Shown: positions 60,744 to 63,080 of the stretch, piece after piece
Numbering within the stretch: the first letter of the stretch is position 1
Layout: each line of letters begins with the position of its first letter
Assembly: GCA_016199065.1 (NCBI GenBank)
Contig: JACQHK010000053.1
Coordinates: 1-63,080, forward strand
DNA length: 63,080 nucleotides
Reading direction: 5' to 3'
From: Candidatus Microgenomates bacterium
Lineage (GTDB): Bacteria; Patescibacteriota; Microgenomatia; JACPZF01
Notes under the pieces: model-generated
What the model was told of the DNA's origin: nothing
The model's input: the letters and a program-made list of their open reading frames with translations, nothing else
Database searches by the model: none
Position numbers and translations under genes: made by a program

Positions 60744-62897
60744 TTAAACTCCCAGTTCCTTTTCTCCCCACAATATATCGTCTCCTGGCTTAATCCTGCC
60801 CTGCAGGATTTGTTGGGCGAGCTCGTCTTCTATTTTTTGCTGCACAAGCCTTTTTAGGGGTCTTGCACCGTATTCGGGAGAGTAGGCGGTTTGGGCAAGT
60901 TTTCCTAGAGCTTCTGGTGTTAAGGAAAACTTAATATTTTGTTCTGATAATCTTTCCTGAACCTTTTTTAATTGGATTTGGGCAATTTTTACGATTGCCT
61001 CTTTAGTTAAAGAACTCATCAGAATAATTTCATCAATTCTGTTTAAAAATTCGGGACGGAAATAAGAACCAAGCGCATTCATAATCTGGTCTCTTTTTTT
61101 CTTTTCATCTTTTTCGTTGGGGTCAACATATTCGCCGATTTGAATATTGGAAGTCATTATAATAATGGTATTTTTAAAATCAACCGTGTGCCCTTGTGCG
61201 TCAGTAAGTCGACCGTCTTCTAAAACTTGTAAAAAAACATCAAACACCTTAGGGTGTCCCTTTTCTATTTCGTCAAGTAAAATTAAAGAATAAGGTCTAA
61301 GCCTGATGGGATTAGTCAACTGCCCTCCTTCTTCGTATCCTACGTATCCTGGAGGGGCCCCCAAGAGCCGATCGGCAGTATGAGACTCGGTGAATTCACT
61401 CATATCCAGTCTTACCATCGCACCCTCACTGCCATATACCAATTTAGCTAATACTTTTGCCAGTTCTGTTTTTCCCACACCGGTTGGTCCGAGAAGCAAA
61501 AACGAACCAAGAGGTCGTTTGGGATCTTTTAAGCCTGCCCGCGAACGGCGAATTACATCAGCGACTTCTTCTACTGCCCGATCTTGACCAACGACAAACT
61601 CTTTGATTCTCTCTTCCAGCCCGAGTAGATTTTTCGCTTCTTCTGCGGAGAGGTCGGTTAAAGGGATACCTGTCCGTTGGGAGATAATTTTTTGAATATC
61701 TTCTCTTAGCACTTTATCCTTGTTTTTAATTTTTACTTCAGAGGAAGCTTCGTCCAGAAGATCAATAGCTTTATCGGGAAGATAACGGTCGGTAATATAT
61801 CTCTGAGAAAGTGTAACGGCCGATTTAACGGCCTCAGCGTCGATAGCGACTTGATAATGATTCCCCAATTTTTTAGCAACTGCAGAAAGAATCTTAATCG
61901 CACTTTCGGTGTCGGGTTCGGCAACATAGATTGGTTCGAAGCGACGAGAAAGCGCCGGATCTCTTTCTACATATTGACGATACTCTGTCGGTGTGGTAGC
62001 GCCGATGGTATGTATCTCCCCTCGGGCAAGTGCGGGTTTTAAAATATTAGCCGCAGACATCGAACCGGCCATACCCCCGGCGCCAATTAGCATATGCATT
62101 TCATCTACAAACAAAATCACATTTCCCGCCTTTTTAATTTCGTCAAGTAGAGCAGTAAATCTTTTTTCCAACTCTCCTTGGTATTCAGTTCCAGCCAAGA
62201 CCGAAGTGAGATTTAAAGAAAGCACTTTGACATCTTTTAAAACCGGAGGTACTTGCCCGTTAATTATTTTTTGTGCCAATCCTTCTACAATCGCCGTTTT
62301 TCCTACTCCCGCCTCTCCGATTAATACGGCATTACTTTTAGTTCTTCTGGCCAATACCCTGATCGTTTGTTCGATTTCTATCTCTCTACCGACAACCTCA
62401 TCAAGTTGTCCGTAGCGTGCTCGTTTCGTCAGGTCCAGACAAAACTGGTCAAGGGTGGGTGTTTTTTCCAGTGAAAGGTTTCCGCCCGCCATTTGCGTTA
62501 CTACTTTTCGTGCCTTATCTATATCAAAAAAAGAAGGAAAAATAACAGAACAAGCCAAAAAGAGATCGTAAAGGCTAACTTCTGCTCGATTAAAAAGAAA
62601 ACTTTCACTATATGCAGAAAAAATTATTTTTTTTAATTCTACGGAAAACACCACCCTGTCTTGATGAGCCTGATGATTAATATCTGTAGAATCCTTTAGT
62701 CCTACAAAAAGCTTTTCTTCTAAACTTAGCTGTTCCAGGACCTCTTTAACTTCCTTGCTTTTTAAAAGAATTTTTAGGAGGTGGTAGGGCGTTGCCTGTG
62801 TAGAATTTTGTTGCGCCGCCAATAAAAGAGTTTCGGCCAAAACCCGCTTAGTATCGTCGTTGTATAAAGAAGTGATATCCAGAGAGTTGGTTGACAT
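60744..62897 (-). CDS. Two-ring Clp/Hsp100 AAA+ ATPase (compact ClpB/ClpC-like form)
   Basis: Walker A GEAGVGKT (D1) and GPTGVGKT (D2), Walker B ILFVDEMH and LILLDEIEK, and sensor GARPLKR. It is only 717 aa. Confidence 0.9.
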   Translation of the reverse strand: MSTNSLDITSLYNDDTKRVLAETLLLAAQQNSTQATPYHLLKILLKSKEVKEVLEQLSLEEKLFVGLKDSTDINHQAHQDRVVFSVELKKIIFSAYSESFLFNRAEVSLYDLFLACSVIFPSFFDIDKARKVVTQMAGGNLSLEKTPTLDQFCLDLTKRARYGQLDEVVGREIEIEQTIRVLARRTKSNAVLIGEAGVGKTAIVEGLAQKIINGQVPPVLKDVKVLSLNLTSVLAGTEYQGELEKRFTALLDEIKKAGNVILFVDEMHMLIGAGGMAGSMSAANILKPALARGEIHTIGATTPTEYRQYVERDPALSRRFEPIYVAEPDTESAIKILSAVAKKLGNHYQVAIDAEAVKSAVTLSQRYITDRYLPDKAIDLLDEASSEVKIKNKDKVLREDIQKIISQRTGIPLTDLSAEEAKNLLGLEERIKEFVVGQDRAVEEVADVIRRSRAGLKDPKRPLGSFLLLGPTGVGKTELAKVLAKLVYGSEGAMVRLDMSEFTESHTADRLLGAPPGYVGYEEGGQLTNPIRLRPYSLILLDEIEKGHPKVFDVFLQVLEDGRLTDAQGHTVDFKNTIIIMTSNIQIGEYVDPNEKDEKKKRDQIMNALGSYFRPEFLNRIDEIILMSSLTKEAIVKIAQIQLKKVQERLSEQNIKFSLTPEALGKLAQTAYSPEYGARPLKRLVQQKIEDELAQQILQGRIKPGDDILWGEKELGV

Positions 62898-62904
62898 ATA
62901 AGTT

Positions 62905-63034
62905 AATTTTCCAATTTACTAGTTTTCCTAATTTTCCAATAAAGTTTCAATTTTACAATTATCAAATTTTGGAAACTGAAATTTGAACATTGATATTTGT
63001 TTAGAAAATTCGAAAATTATGAAAATTGTAAATT
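62905..63034. repeat. AATTTTC/GAAAATT heptamer palindromic intergenic repeat, copy R5
   Basis: The left arm is AATTTTCCAATTTACTAGTTTTCCTAATTTTCC and the right arm is GAAAATTCGAAAATTATGAAAATTGTAAATT. The left arm is nearly identical to that of R4. Confidence 0.8.
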
Positions 63035-63080
63035 ATAAGTTGCCAATTATTCCCCACAAAACAACGATTAGAATTAGTCC

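Noticed and set aside
61993-62415. 140-aa plus-strand ORF
   Set aside because: It is antisense to the first AAA+ module of the Clp ATPase, so it is a shadow ORF. The same applies to 61390..61587 and 61851..62042.

Overview
AT-rich, gene-dense bacterial chromosome segment that spans the replication origin: jag-yidC-yidD-rnpA-rpmH on the minus strand, then oriC DnaA boxes, then dnaA-dnaN on the plus strand. Recognisable housekeeping genes are cysS, valS (preceded by a T-box leader), groES/groEL (with a CIRCE-like operator), murI, tsaD, nth, rplY, rnhA, a GapN-like aldehyde dehydrogenase, a two-ring Clp/Hsp100 ATPase and two tandem class A PBPs. The small, streamlined gene set with many membrane-anchored hypothetical proteins suggests a Patescibacteria/CPR-type organism; this is inference only. 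No rRNA, tRNA, CRISPR array or obvious mobile element was seen. The items most worth follow-up are: (1) a conserved ~90-105 nt element with compensatory stem changes, present in two copies directly 5' of cysS and of a CvpA-CAP gene; (2) a CsoR-headed six-gene operon of Cys/Met/His-motif envelope proteins with no efflux ATPase; (3) a 1551-aa protein (proline-rich N-terminus, Gly/Ala-rich TM bundle, coiled coil, C-terminal M23 peptidase) translationally coupled to small membrane proteins beside oriC; (4) two families of AT-only palindromic intergenic repeats; (5) an SDR-like/DUF4012 fusion in an envelope polysaccharide cluster. The ORF track misses two small genes, rpmH and a DUF2933-like ORF. 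Several track start codons look wrong. All protein calls come from motif recognition by eye, not from database searches.
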